From Eledone cirrhosa (taxonomy: Eukaryota): a stretch of 64,000 nt of DNA. The stretch spans positions 344,906,001 through 344,970,000 of the forward strand of contig OZ024741.1 in assembly GCA_964016885.1 (NCBI GenBank). The letters are read 5' to 3'. This document shows, piece after piece, positions 41,196 to 53,135 of the stretch (the first letter of the stretch is position 1; every line of letters starts with the position of its first letter). Both the position numbers and the translations under genes were made by a program. The notes under the pieces are model-generated. The model was not told the DNA's origin. It ran no database searches and saw only the letters and a list, made by a program, of their open reading frames with translations.

Positions 41196-41866
41196 CACAC
41201 GCATAAATTTTCCCATTTATTTTAAAATGTTAATTCTGAAGTTTTACTTTTTTTAATTTTCAATGTGGAATTCTAATATCTTGACCCTAGCATTAATTTA
41301 TCTATCCACTTATATTGGTGCGAATTAAACAACAATTCACTCATCAATTTAAGCTTTTGCAGTCACCATGTTGACATATGTTATCCCACCATAAAATAGT
41401 GGCAGTAGGTGGGGAGATGCATGCACACCACCACAGGATTTCTGATTTACTGGTGCTAGCTTCTGCTGGACAACAGCCTAGCAGTAATTCAAAGATTCTT
41501 AGGCTGAACTGAACTCTGTGACCGTAGTATCTGGTGATGGAGGCTTGGTATGTGAGATAAGCTTGTCTCTCTGCAGCCCTAGCTGCTAGCAGGGAGTGGG
41601 TAGTAGACGTGTGGTCAGTCAGTCATCCACCTCCATGCCTCCACAAAGCTGTAGAGTGTGACTAAAGTTCACAAGGGAATGGTCTTCGGCTATGAAAACA
41701 TCATATCTGTCCATTTACCTTTCATCCTTTCTGGGTTGATAAAATAAAGCACCAGTAATGCACTGGAGTCAATTTAATTGACTTTCCCTTCACCAAAAAT
41801 TGTGGTTCTTGTGCCTAAAGGATAAACCATTATTATTGTTATTATTAATCTCATTTCTTTTTACAG

Positions 41867-41907
41867 CTTGTCTGGATGCCCAAGAAAGGACAAGGTATCC
41901 CCTGAAG
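41867..41907 (+). CDS. Myt1: Myt1 finger 2 end and linker (SLSGCPRKDKVSPE)
   Basis: ttttacag| and AAG|gtaatt; matches the MYT1 SLSGCPHKDR.PPE segment. Confidence 0.93.
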
Positions 41908-42577
41908 GTAATTTATTTAGACACCTTGATTTTTAGGTTGTTTGTGATTGATTGCAAAGCACTTTGTTAATTATTTGTAGCTCCCTTTTCTACATGGGTT
42001 AAGAATCAACTGTATTTCATATATGCAAAGTAAAATAGTATATATATAAATACATGCATGCACATATATATAAAATAATAATAATAATAATAATAATAAA
42101 ATTATTGTGTACAGTTCTCAGGTGCACTACAACTCATCAAAGGTGTATGTATAGTACATAGAATAATGTACAAATGTCAGGAAAATGAACAGTGTATGAG
42201 TCATGATATACATGTGTGCATGTGTATGGAGGGGGGATATCAGGTATAGTGTTGGCAAATTTCAGGAAGCATGGAGGTTTTAAAGGATGTAGTGTCTCAT
42301 CATCTTCATCATATATATATATACAGGGCATATATATATATATATATATACATGTGTGTGTTTGTAGTTGGTCTGTAGAGAGCTCTGAGGGTAAGTGTAG
42401 AGGTGTATGTGTGCATGTTTGTTGTTAGTCTGTATAAGCTGTAAGAGTGTGTTTCTGACTATAAGAGAGCCATAGGAACCTTGAGGGTGAATGTGCGCAT
42501 GCATGTGTGTCAACAGACAAGTTAGGGACGACAGTGGCTAGAGGTATAGAAGTAAATGCGAGTGTATGTGTGCAAAA

Positions 42578-42775
42578 TTAAAGAAACTGGGAAGGGGAGT
42601 TGAGTCTTTTGGGGAAAATCGGAAAATCAGACTCTGCTCAGTCTTGGTGCACAAGGCCAGTGATCCGTGTTGTAAAAGGACAGCAAGGACTAGGACATGT
42701 AGGGACGAGTGGCCTGGGGAATGAAAATGCCAAGTTGTATGTCCCTCAAGTGTTCAGTGAAATGGTCCAGTGTGT
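42578..42775 (-). pseudogene. Decayed Penelope-like element GIY-YIG endonuclease C-terminus; its flank 42380-42575 recurs at about 63310-63690
   Basis: With frameshifts reads DHFTEHLRDI / HFHSPGHSSLHVLVL..TEQSLIFR / PKRLN, resembling the PLE pattern EHLR..HFNxxxHS..EQxLIF..PxGLN. Confidence 0.6.
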
Positions 42776-43535
42776 GTGTTAAATGAAAGGCCAAAGTTCT
42801 TGCTGGAATCAACTCATTTATTATCTTACACATGTTTCATTAACCCTTTAACAGTCAAATTACTCTATATTTACTATTGTATTTTCACGGTAAAGTCTTT
42901 ATCTCACATAATATCAAATCTACAAAATTTTGATATTATTTATATTTTGAAAACAATACCTTAACGTTGTTATGAGCAGCCAGTTACAACCGGTTTGAAC
43001 TGAATGAGGTGAGAGAATTCTGGCTGGATATGACCGGTTTAAATTAAAATCAAATGTTACATACATTGTGTTTTCGTATTAATTAATTTCATATTGATTA
43101 ATTTCAGTCAACTCCTCAGAGAAAAAATGAATGAATGCTGATAAAATAATTCCAGGGATGGTACAATAAAAGAATACTATAATGTGAAGGAGTGTGGCCT
43201 AGTAGTTAGGGTGCTGGGCTTACAATCATGATGTCAAGGGTTTGATTCCTACATCAGGTTGTTTGTTGTGTTCTTGAGCCAAACACTTCCTTTCATGCTA
43301 CTGAAATAATGAAAATTATTGAGTACAATGATCAGATGTTGCTTCAGTATATTCAGCTGAAAATGAGAACCAGCAGTAGCTGGAGGTTTAACCATAGTAA
43401 AACATATGTAAAATGATGATGATGAATGATCATAGACTTGTGTACTGTCCGGAGGGGGACCCTTGTACTCTCAATTACCTATAGATATTTCATATATTTA
43501 TATATATATCACTTTCTCTTCCCAACCGTGATCAG

Positions 43536-43626
43536 TTCTTGCACTCCAGGACCACATTCTACGATGTCCGACACCAGGTTGTAATGGAAGAGGCCATGTG
43601 AACAGTAACAGGAACTCTCATAGAAG
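43536..43626 (+). CDS. Myt1: Myt1 finger 3, first part ([30 protein letters not shown])
   Basis: atcag| and AG|gtaaaa; matches MYT1 finger 3 motif [11 protein letters not shown]. Confidence 0.95.
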
Positions 43627-43659
43627 GTAAAAACATTTTTGATGCTTTTCAACACCTTT

Positions 43660-44820
43660 ACCACATCACTTTACAATATATCCAATGATGAACTAATGTG
43701 GGAGGGGCCTCACCACATCACTTTACCATATATCCAATGATGAACTAATGTGGGAGGGGCCTCAGCACATCACTTTACCATATATCCAATGATAAACTAA
43801 TGTAGGAGAGGCCTCAGCACATCACTTAACCATATATCCAATGATAAACTAATGTGGGAGGGGCCTCAGCACATCACTTAACCATATATCCAATGATAAA
43901 CTAATGTGGGAGAGGCCTCAGCACATCACTTAACCATATATCCAATGATGAACTAATGTAGGAGGGGCCTCAACACATCACTTAACCATATATCCAATGA
44001 TGAACTAATGTGGGAGGGGCCTCAGCACATCACTTAACCATATATCCAATGATGAACTAATGTGGGAGGGGCCTCAACACATCACTTTACCATATATCCA
44101 ATGATGAACTAATGTGGGAGGGGCCTCAGCACATCACTTTACCATATATCCAATGATGAACTAATGTGGGAGAGGCCTCAGCACATCACTTTACCATATA
44201 TCCAATGATGAACTAATGTGGGAGGGGCCTCAGCACATCACTTTACCATATATCCAATGATGAACTAATGTGGGAGGGGCCTCAGCACATCACTTAACCA
44301 TATATCCAATGATGAACTAATGTGGGAGAGGCCTCAGCACATCACTTTACCATATATCCAATGATGAACTAATGTAGGAGAGGCCTCAGCACATCACTTA
44401 ACCATATATCCAATGATAAACTAATGTAGGAGAGGCATCAGCACATCACTTAACCATATATCCAATGATGAGCTAATGTAGGAGAGGCCTCAGCACATCA
44501 CTTAACCATATATCCAATGATGAACTAATGTAGGAGAGGCCTCAGCACATCACTTAACCATATATCCAATGATAAACTAATGTAGGAGAGGCATCAGCAC
44601 ATCACTTAACCATATATCCAATGATGAGCTAATGTAGGAGAGGCCTCAGCACATCACTTAACCATATATCCAATGATGAACTAATGTAGGAGAGGCCTCA
44701 GCACATCACTTAACCATATATCCAATGATAAACTAATGTAGGAGAGGCCTCAGCACATCACTTTACCATATATCCAATGATGAGCTAATGTAGGAGAGGC
44801 CTCAGCACATCACTTAACCA
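43660..44820. repeat. 52-bp minisatellite, about 22 units
   Basis: Unit cacatcactttaccatatatccaatgatgaactaatgtgggaggggcctcag. Confidence 0.97.
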
Positions 44821-45263
44821 AAAATGAGCCAAATAGCAAATATGAGCCAACAAAAGAGTTGTTGTTTTGCTTGGAATAGCACAATAATACACAATCTTGA
44901 TAAGAAGCAAACACTCCAAAACAATTGTCGATTGTTTTCTCTCAGCTACCGCTGGAACAAAAGGATGAAGTTGTTCATCTAAAAAACTCATGGTGTTTAT
45001 GAGGCTTGCTTGCAAACAAACCAAATATTAATTGTTTCTACTTTTGGCACAAGGCCAGCAATAACCCAGTACATTACTGGTACTTTATTTTATTGACCCC
45101 CGTAAGGATGAAAGGCTAAGTTAACCTCGGCGGGATTTGAACTCAGAATGGCAAGGGCTATAACTCTATGCGTCGAAGCTTGGCGTCCAACCCTCTACCG
45201 ATACTGCCAATCCACATATTAAAAATGTTATGATATCATTATTTACTCATGAATACTCATGAA

Positions 45264-45452
45264 AAGGGCGGTGGATTGGCAGTATCGGTAGAGGGTCGGG
45301 CACCATGCTTTGACACATAGAGTTATGGCCCTTGCCATTCTGAGTTCAAATCCCGCCGAGGTTAACTTTGCCTTTCATCCTTATGGGGTCGATAAAATAA
45401 AGTATCAGTAATACACTGGGTAATTGCTGGCCTTGTGCCAAAAGTAGAAACA
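45264..45452 (+). mobile_element. Group-A SINE, head-to-head with the - copy at 45030-45215
   Basis: Full head and body; flanked by repeated tatttactcatgaata (TSD-like). Confidence 0.85.
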
Positions 45453-45884
45453 ATTATTTACTCATGAATACATTTAGGTATCTACCATGTTAAGAGTGAA
45501 AACAAATTTAGTGTTCTATATATATATCAACAGTCGAATGACTTCCATCAAATTTAGTGAAGGCGTGTGGCTGAGTGGTTAGAGAATTAGATTCGTAATC
45601 GTGAGGTTGTGAGTTCGATTCCCGGACCGGGCGATGCGTTATGTCCTTGAGCAAGACACTGTATTTCACGTTGCTCCTTCTATCTGGAGTTGTGACCGAT
45701 AGCAATTGGAAAGACCAATGGAAACATTGTTTCCTCGGTCCAACATATATATAATCAATTTAGCATAATGCAATTTATTTTAGATCCCAACAGAAATGAT
45801 GTCAGACCAAATCTCTTACCAAACTCAAAAAATATTTATTGTGTTTTTGTTTTATTTTAATTTTTGTTTTTGTTTTTTTTTCAG

Positions 45885-45949
45885 TTTGTCTGGCTGTCCT
45901 CTTGCAGCTATGGGCAAAATTATGAACACACAAAGTAACAAAAAATCAG
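45885..45949 (+). CDS. Myt1: Myt1 finger 3 end (SLSGCPLAAMGKIMNTQSNKKS)
   Basis: Poly-T ttcag| acceptor and CAG|gtaata donor; phase 2 in, phase 1 out. Confidence 0.93.
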
Positions 45950-46105
45950 GTAATATATATCACCATCATCATCATCGTCTATCTTCCATGCTAGCATGGG
46001 TTAGACGAGAATTGTCCCACTTGAGGCAAGATTGGTAGGGAGAGCGTGTCTCGCTCGTATAGGAATATCTGGCAGATTTTCTACAGCTCGATGCCCTTCC
46101 TAACA

Positions 46106-46153
<48 letters not shown>

Positions 46154-46761
46154 GTATAGTAATAATAATAAATTTGAAAACTAAAATCCAAAGAGGGCTC
46201 GATAGGGATAAATATATATCAAATATATAAGAACCGTAGAGCAAATATTTATTAAAATAACAGATTAAAGTTTAAGCAAAGAATCGCTGCTTTCACCCTT
46301 AACGGTATCTTAAGGGTGAAAGCAGCGATTTTTGCTTAAACTTTAATCTGTTATTTTAATAAATATATATATATATATCTGTATATATATATATATATAT
46401 TTGTATATATATATCTGTATATATATATATATATATCTGTATATATATATATAGATATATATATAGATATATATATACAATATATAAAATAAGCTAGATT
46501 AACAAGGATTTAAATTAAATCATTCTAATGGATTTAATTTATTCATATACATATATATCACTGTATGAATGATTCAACGCATGCAACTCTCCTATGTTTG
46601 TTTTTCAACTGTTTTCTGTTCCTTTCTTTGGAAAGTAGACGTTAAGCTCAAAACATCCAAGAGCTTTTCTATCAGTTTCTGTTTCTAGAGCATAAATATA
46701 TTTGTTCACCCTTCTTTTTATGTTGTTCTTTGCTTTGTTGTAAATGTTTTGCCTTGAGATA

Positions 46762-46802
<41 letters not shown>

Positions 46803-46820
46803 AAGGGCTTCTACAGGACA

Positions 46821-46869
46821 GCTTCCTGATGATTTCTCCCGAATGAAACAGTTCTAGTCCTGTAGAAGC
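46821..46869 (+). ncRNA. Putative type I hammerhead ribozyme (minimal)
   Basis: GCUUC CUGAUGA [UUUC-UCCC-GAAU] GAAA CAG-loop-CUG UA/GAAGC; stem I 5 bp, stem III 4 bp, GUA site; U.U at the base of stem II. Confidence 0.6.
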
Positions 46870-46950
46870 CATTTCTATATTAAATATTTATACTTTGCTA
46901 TGTATTGAGTACCTTACTTACTGTGGTTACCCCTGATTGAACCCAGGATA

Positions 46951-47012
<62 letters not shown>

Positions 47013-47466
47013 TACATATATATACATATATATTCAGAATGTTGAGAAGTGACATACGAGTTGATATATATTAGAAAAATAAGAAAAAAGTAAAAAATGC
47101 TAATAGAATTTTCTCATAGAAAAACCGAAAAACATCACCGACATACGACCTAGGTGTCGTAGAATTTAATTTACTTTACTTTTTTCTTTACACTTATTTG
47201 CTTTTCTTCACTCTCAGTATTTTTTCTTTCCTATTTCTACCCCCCATTGTTCTACCTACCGTTCCGACTTCCTCCCCCTCCCCCTCCCCTGTATCTTCTT
47301 TGACCTCATGCCCAGCTGTAGCTGGCACTACCAACGCTTGATTGGGTCTACTCCACCCCCTCCCCTCTTTCTCCTACTGGCAGGTTTAGCCACCATCTCC
47401 CCTACTAATTTGCAACCACAGAATTACTACTGATTTTTGACAATCACTTTGACCATATATGGAATT

Positions 47467-47560
47467 ACCCCTTGAGAAGATCGGCTATTTAAATACCAGG
47501 ATAAATTTTCATTTAGTCCAGAATTAGCCGTCGAAACGGCTTGAGCTCAGCTGTCGGGGT
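47467..47560 (+). ncRNA. Putative type I hammerhead ribozyme, U3-A8 core variant
   Basis: ACCCC UUGAGAA GA(U)CGGCUA..UAGCCGUC GAAA CGGC-loop-GCUG UC/GGGGU; all three stems pair, GUC site. Confidence 0.72.
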
Positions 47561-47652
47561 CTTACTGGTTCCTATTACCCACTCTACTACCTCAAGTATT
47601 GAGTACTTTGGTGCGTTATGGTCCACCTGGTTCCTTACCACATTTCCCTCGT

Positions 47653-47684
<32 letters not shown>

Positions 47685-47802
47685 GTGTATATATATAATA
47701 TATGTGTATATATATTATATATATATATATATAATATATGTGTATATATATATATATATAATATATGTGTATATATAATATATATATATATAATATATGT
47801 GT

Positions 47803-48502
47803 ATCATCATCATCATCATCATCAACGTTTAACGTTCGTGTTCCACGCTTGCATGGGTTTGGACGGGGGTAGTCCCACTTGAGGCAAGAGTGATTGTCTT
47901 GCTCGCATAGGACTGTCTGGCAGGTTTTCTACAGTTGGATGCCCTTCCTAACACCAACCACATTTACAGTGTGGGTCTGGGAGGTTTTTACCGTGTTGCC
48001 TACACGGCCACATTACAGCGTGGACTGTGTGTTTTTTTGTCGTGACACCTACACGATCTCATTTGTTTCGGCCTCGAAGGCGCGGCACCAACATAACTTT
48101 ACATAGAACGGGGTGGTGTGGATCGGGTGGGGGTGGGGGTGGTGGGACGGGGTGTATTTTGTTAGAGATGCCTACTGGCTGGAGTAGGTTTTACTATATA
48201 TTTAGGTAAGGCGGGTCTTCTCTGTTACTGAGTACCGCCAAAGGTCTCGGTCCAGTGACATTGTCTTGGAGAGGTGTAAGTGTGTGATGTCGCAGTTTAT
48301 CAGCTCGTCCCAGGTTTTTCTAGGTCTGCCTATTCCGTGACTACCGTCTATCTTTATTGCCCTGCACTTTGTTATACAGCTATCGACTTTCATGCGCATC
48401 ACGTGTCCATACCAACGTAGCCTTCTCTCGAGTAAACAACATCTGATCCCTCTTATCTCTAATTTTTTCCTTAGTTCGTTTATGCTTTGCCGTTCACGTA
48501 TA
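47803..48502 (-). mobile_element. Young 5'-truncated RTE copy, near-identical to 22918-23614
   Basis: Same peptide [19 protein letters not shown] and 3' UTR; (ATC)n tail at left; inserted in a TA-rich tract. Confidence 0.95.
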
Positions 48503-48810
48503 TGTATATATATATATAATATATGTGTATATATAATATATATATATATAATATATGTGTATATATATATATATAATATATGTGTATATATAATATATAT
48601 ATATATATAAAATATGTGTATATATATATATGTGTATATATATATATATATAATATATGTGTATATATATATATATAATATATATGTGTATATATAATAT
48701 ATATATATATATGTAATATATGTATATATATAAATACACATACAATATATATATAATATGTATATATATACACATATATGATATATGTATATATACACAT
48801 ATATGATATA

Positions 48811-48842
<32 letters not shown>

Positions 48843-48892
48843 ATATATATATATACATATATATAATATATATATATAATATATATATATGA

Positions 48893-48960
<68 letters not shown>

Positions 48961-49185
48961 CTATTTATTGTTTACAGAGATGCACCTGTGTGTATGTGTG
49001 TATTGTTATAGTTTGTGGGTGTTGTTTATTACAGTTGCCGTTGATTATTTTTGTTGTTGCAGTTATTGTTGAACTAGTTTGTGCATGTCCATTCAATTCT
49101 TTCTATGTTTCAATGTCAATTTTTGTTAAATTTACGTATGTATTATATATATTTTCAAATATAATTTGTTGTTAGTATTTGTCAA

Positions 49186-49895
49186 GGGCGGTGGATTGGC
49201 AGTATCGGTAGAGGGTCGGACGCCATGCTTTCAAGCATAGTTACGTCCCTTTACGATCTGAGTTCAAATCCCGCCGAGGTTGACTTTGCCTTTCATCCTT
49301 ATGGGGTCGATAAAATAAAGTACCAGTAATGCACTGGGTAATTGCTGGCCTTGTGCCTAAAGTAGAAACAAGTATTTGTCAAGTACGTTCTGTGTTGAAA
49401 TCCCGCCGAGGTCAACTTTGCCTTTCATCCTTACGGGGTCGATAAAATAAAGTACCTGTAATGTACTGGGTAATTGCTGGCCTTGTGCCAAAAGTAGAAA
49501 CAATTATTTGTCAAGTATGTTTGTTTTGAAACAGCGAGCAAGTTTGAAATAGAAAATATTTTGACATATTTTTTACTAAAGAAATTTTAGCCTAATAGAA
49601 TCCTCTAGTTTAGAATCCTCTAAGAAATGGAAAAAGATGAGTATTGACATAAATTTGTATTAGAGGTGTTATTATTAGTGTCAGTGTGGAGGGGGGGAGG
49701 GAATTGGCAGTACTGGTAGAACCTCGGACAACATGCTTTGCAGCATATAGTTACAGCCTTTTATCTTCTGAGTTCAAATCCTGCTGAGGTTAGCTTTGCT
49801 CTTCATCCTTACGAGGTCGATAAAATAAAGTACCAGTAACGCACTGGGGGTTGATTTAAGTTACTGGCCTTGTGCCAATAATAGAAACAATTATT
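49186..49895 (+). mobile_element. Three group-A SINE copies (49186-49372 with TSD agtatttgtcaag, about 49390-49505, about 49695-49895)
   Basis: Head and body motifs as in other copies. Confidence 0.8.
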
Positions 49896-49992
49896 AGTGT
49901 CATTTTTGTTGTTATAGTGGTTGCAACTGTAACCAAGGCCAGTTCCTTGTTCCATTATTGTTACTGCTACCACTCCCATCACCATCACCACC

Positions 49993-50077
<85 letters not shown>

Positions 50078-50080
<3 letters not shown>

Positions 50081-51340
50081 TAGCTGAATCAATGGCTGAA
50101 CTAGAGGAGAAATTCCAAACATGGAAGCATGGCCTAGAATCAAAAGGCCTTAAAATTAACCTGTCTAAGACTAAAGTTCTAGTTTGTAGGAAGGAAAATA
50201 GGGCACCGGTCCCATCCGGGAAATGGCCATGCTCAGTGTGTAGGAAAGGAGTAGGCAGAAACTCCATTTTATGTCCCAAATGCAAAGTATGGGTGCATAA
50301 AAGATGTAGTGGGATCACAGGTAAGCTAACTAAGAATATAGATTTTATATGTGGCCGGTGCTCTGGTGCAATAAGTAGCAGCAAGTGCCCACAGAATACT
50401 AACTCATTCCATTGCACAGATGGTTCTATAGAAATAGTGGACACCTTCCGTTACTTGGGTGACAAAATCAGCAGTGGTGGAGGGTGCTCTGAAAGTACAG
50501 TAGCTAGAGTCAGAACGGGATGAAAAAAGTTCAGAGAGCTTATACCACTATTAGCCGCTAAAGGGTTCTCTCTAAAAATGAAAGGCAGATTGTATGATGC
50601 CTGCATACGAACAGCAATGTTACATGGCAGTGAGACCTGGGCATTGTGCGCAGACTGGAGAGGAACGAAGCTTGCATGCTCCGCTGGATGTGTAATAGCA
50701 ATATACGTGAACGGCAAAGCATAAACGAACTAAGGGAAAAATTAGGAATAAGAGGGATCAGATGTTGTTTACTTGTTGGTACGATCACGTGATGCGCATG
50801 AAAGACGACAGCTGTATAAAAAAGTGCAGGGCAATAAAAATAGACGGTAGCCATGGAGTAGGCAGACCCAGAAAAACCTGGGACGACTTGATAAATTCCG
50901 ACCTCACACACTTACACCTCTCCAAGACAATGTCACTGGACCGAGATCTTTGGCACTACACAATAATACAGAAGACCCACCTTACCTAAGTACAAAGTGA
51001 AACCTACTACAGTCAGTAGGCACCTCTAACAAAAATACACCCCCGTCCCACTACCCCCACCCCATCCACACCACCCCTTTCAATGTAAAGTTATGTTGGT
51101 ACCACAACATCCAGTCCGAAACAAATGAGGTCGTGTAGGTGTCACAACAAAAACACACAGTCCACGCTGTAATGTGGCCGTGTAGGTAACACAGTAAAAA
51201 CCTCCCAGTCCACACTGTAAACGTGGTTGGTGTTAGGAAGGGCATCCAGCCGTAGAAAACCCAATCTTGCCTCAAGTGGGACAATTCCCGTCCTGACCCA
51301 TGCTAGCGTGGAAAATGGACGTTAAACGATGATAATAATG
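50078..51340 (+). mobile_element. 5'-truncated RTE copy (end of RT, PHD-like finger, C-terminus, UTR)
   Basis: IAESMAELEEKF..WPCSVC..CPKCKVWVHKRC..CGRC; stops and deletions; tail gttaaacgatgat. Confidence 0.93.
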
Positions 51341-51371
<31 letters not shown>

Positions 51372-51719
51372 GTGTGTATGTATATATCATCATCATCACT
51401 GTAATCACCCTCATCATTTAATGTCTGTTCTTCCACACTGGCATCAGTTAAACTAGTTGAGCCAGATCAACTCAGTACTTAACTGGAGTTACTGTCCTTC
51501 AAGATGGGCAGAGGTCTATGTCTCACTTACATACTTTCCAGATTTGGCACGGTCTCTATGACTGGATTCCCTTTCCTCACATCATCCACTTTACTGAATG
51601 CACTGGGTGCATTTTACCAGTGTCAGCACTATGACCACTTCACTTGAATCAATGACCACTGTTGGTCATTGATTCAACTGAGGAAACGTTGGTTTCTCTC
51701 TGTACACACACACACTCAC

Positions 51720-51760
<41 letters not shown>

Positions 51761-51763
<3 letters not shown>

Positions 51764-53042
51764 GGTGCGGACGATATTTGTTTGCAAGATTACTGTCTAG
51801 GAAAAAATAACACAGTAGTTTTATTTTTTAAGATATATTTATCAAACTTGGGTCAGTTTGTCTTCATGACTTGTTCTTTCGATCTCACTCGATAAACCCG
51901 CCATTGGCTTTGATGACGGCCTCAGAACCGGCTACAGGCCTTCGTCACTGTCCCCCGACTTAGGCCCCTAAAGGCACTTGTGATCCTGACCTTCAGATCG
52001 TCTTTCGTATTGCAGCTAGATCTGTTGGTGTCTCGTTCCACTGCGCCCCATGCAAAGAAGTCGAGGGGGTTGCAGTCAGGTGAGCTGGGAGGCCAGATGT
52101 CAGGTGAAGTGTGGTCGATGAAGTTCTCTGACAGCCAGGCTGGTATGGTAGGGCGCTGAGTCTTGCTGCCACATGTACGGCCTACCTGCAGCTACCTGGT
52201 CGATCCAGAGCTTTACTACCTTGCTCAGAACGCGGATGTAGCCATCGGTGTTCAGCTTGAGACCCTCAGGGAAGAAGTGAGGTGGCATGACGTCACCTTG
52301 AGTGCTGATGACACCTAAGACCAATGTTGTCGCTGGAAACTTTGTCTGCATGACTCTGGGCACGTCTTTGGATGAGACAGCGAGCCACCTGTTGTTCTGG
52401 GAGTTGATCTTCTGGTCTTGGCAAAAGTTTTTCTCGTCGGAGAAAAACCACAGCATGTCTGGCTCCAGTGGGTGTTTCAACTTGTTGATCAGCTTCTTTG
52501 CGTGCTTCAGTCGCTTTTCTTGCATCGCCTTTGACAGAAATTGTCCTTTCCTCATCTTGTATGAAATGTAGCAAATGTCTTCATGTACCACCAGCCTAAT
52601 GAGCTTTTCATCCACGCCTTTCTCCCTTGCAATGGCACGCATCAACTTGCTAGGTTCATTGTTGATGATATCCTGAACTTCACCGACGAACTCGGGCATT
52701 CTGAAGGCGTCAGATCGTCGATCATGTGTTTTCCTCTCTGATGTTCTTTCGTAGTCGAATCCTGAATCTTTCAATTCCTTTCTGACCTTTTCCACTATTC
52801 TCCTGTTGATGCTGAGAAAGTCTGAAATTTCCTTATTTGTCCTCCTGGCGTGGATTACAAGAAGAACTCCGTGTCTCTTCCACAAATTTGGAGGGTCAAA
52901 ATTATTGATAATCAATTATTCTGAAAATAAATAATGGAAATATAGTCACTGTTTTTATGAAGACAAGAGTGACAACAGAAGTAAAAAAAATTTGCATAAA
53001 ATTAGCAGTTGAAAATTGCGAACAAATATCGTCCGCACCCTG
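51761..53042 (-). mobile_element. Full-length Tc1/mariner DD37D (maT-like) transposon; transposase about 51885-52915 broken by two small deletions
   Basis: TA-flanked TIRs cagggtgcggacgatatttgtt(t/c)gcaa; FFSDEKNF, WQQDSAP, WPPSSPDCNPLD; restoring the deletion gives about 37 aa between the last two D residues. Confidence 0.92.
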
Positions 53043-53102
53043 TATGTATATATATATATATATATATACGTGTGTGTGTGTATATATGCACATTCACATG
53101 TG

Positions 53103-53135
<33 letters not shown>

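Noticed and set aside
43683-43692. Box C-like ATGATGA in each 52-bp unit (snoRNA array idea)
   Set aside because: No box D (CTGA) on the same strand and no guide-like variation
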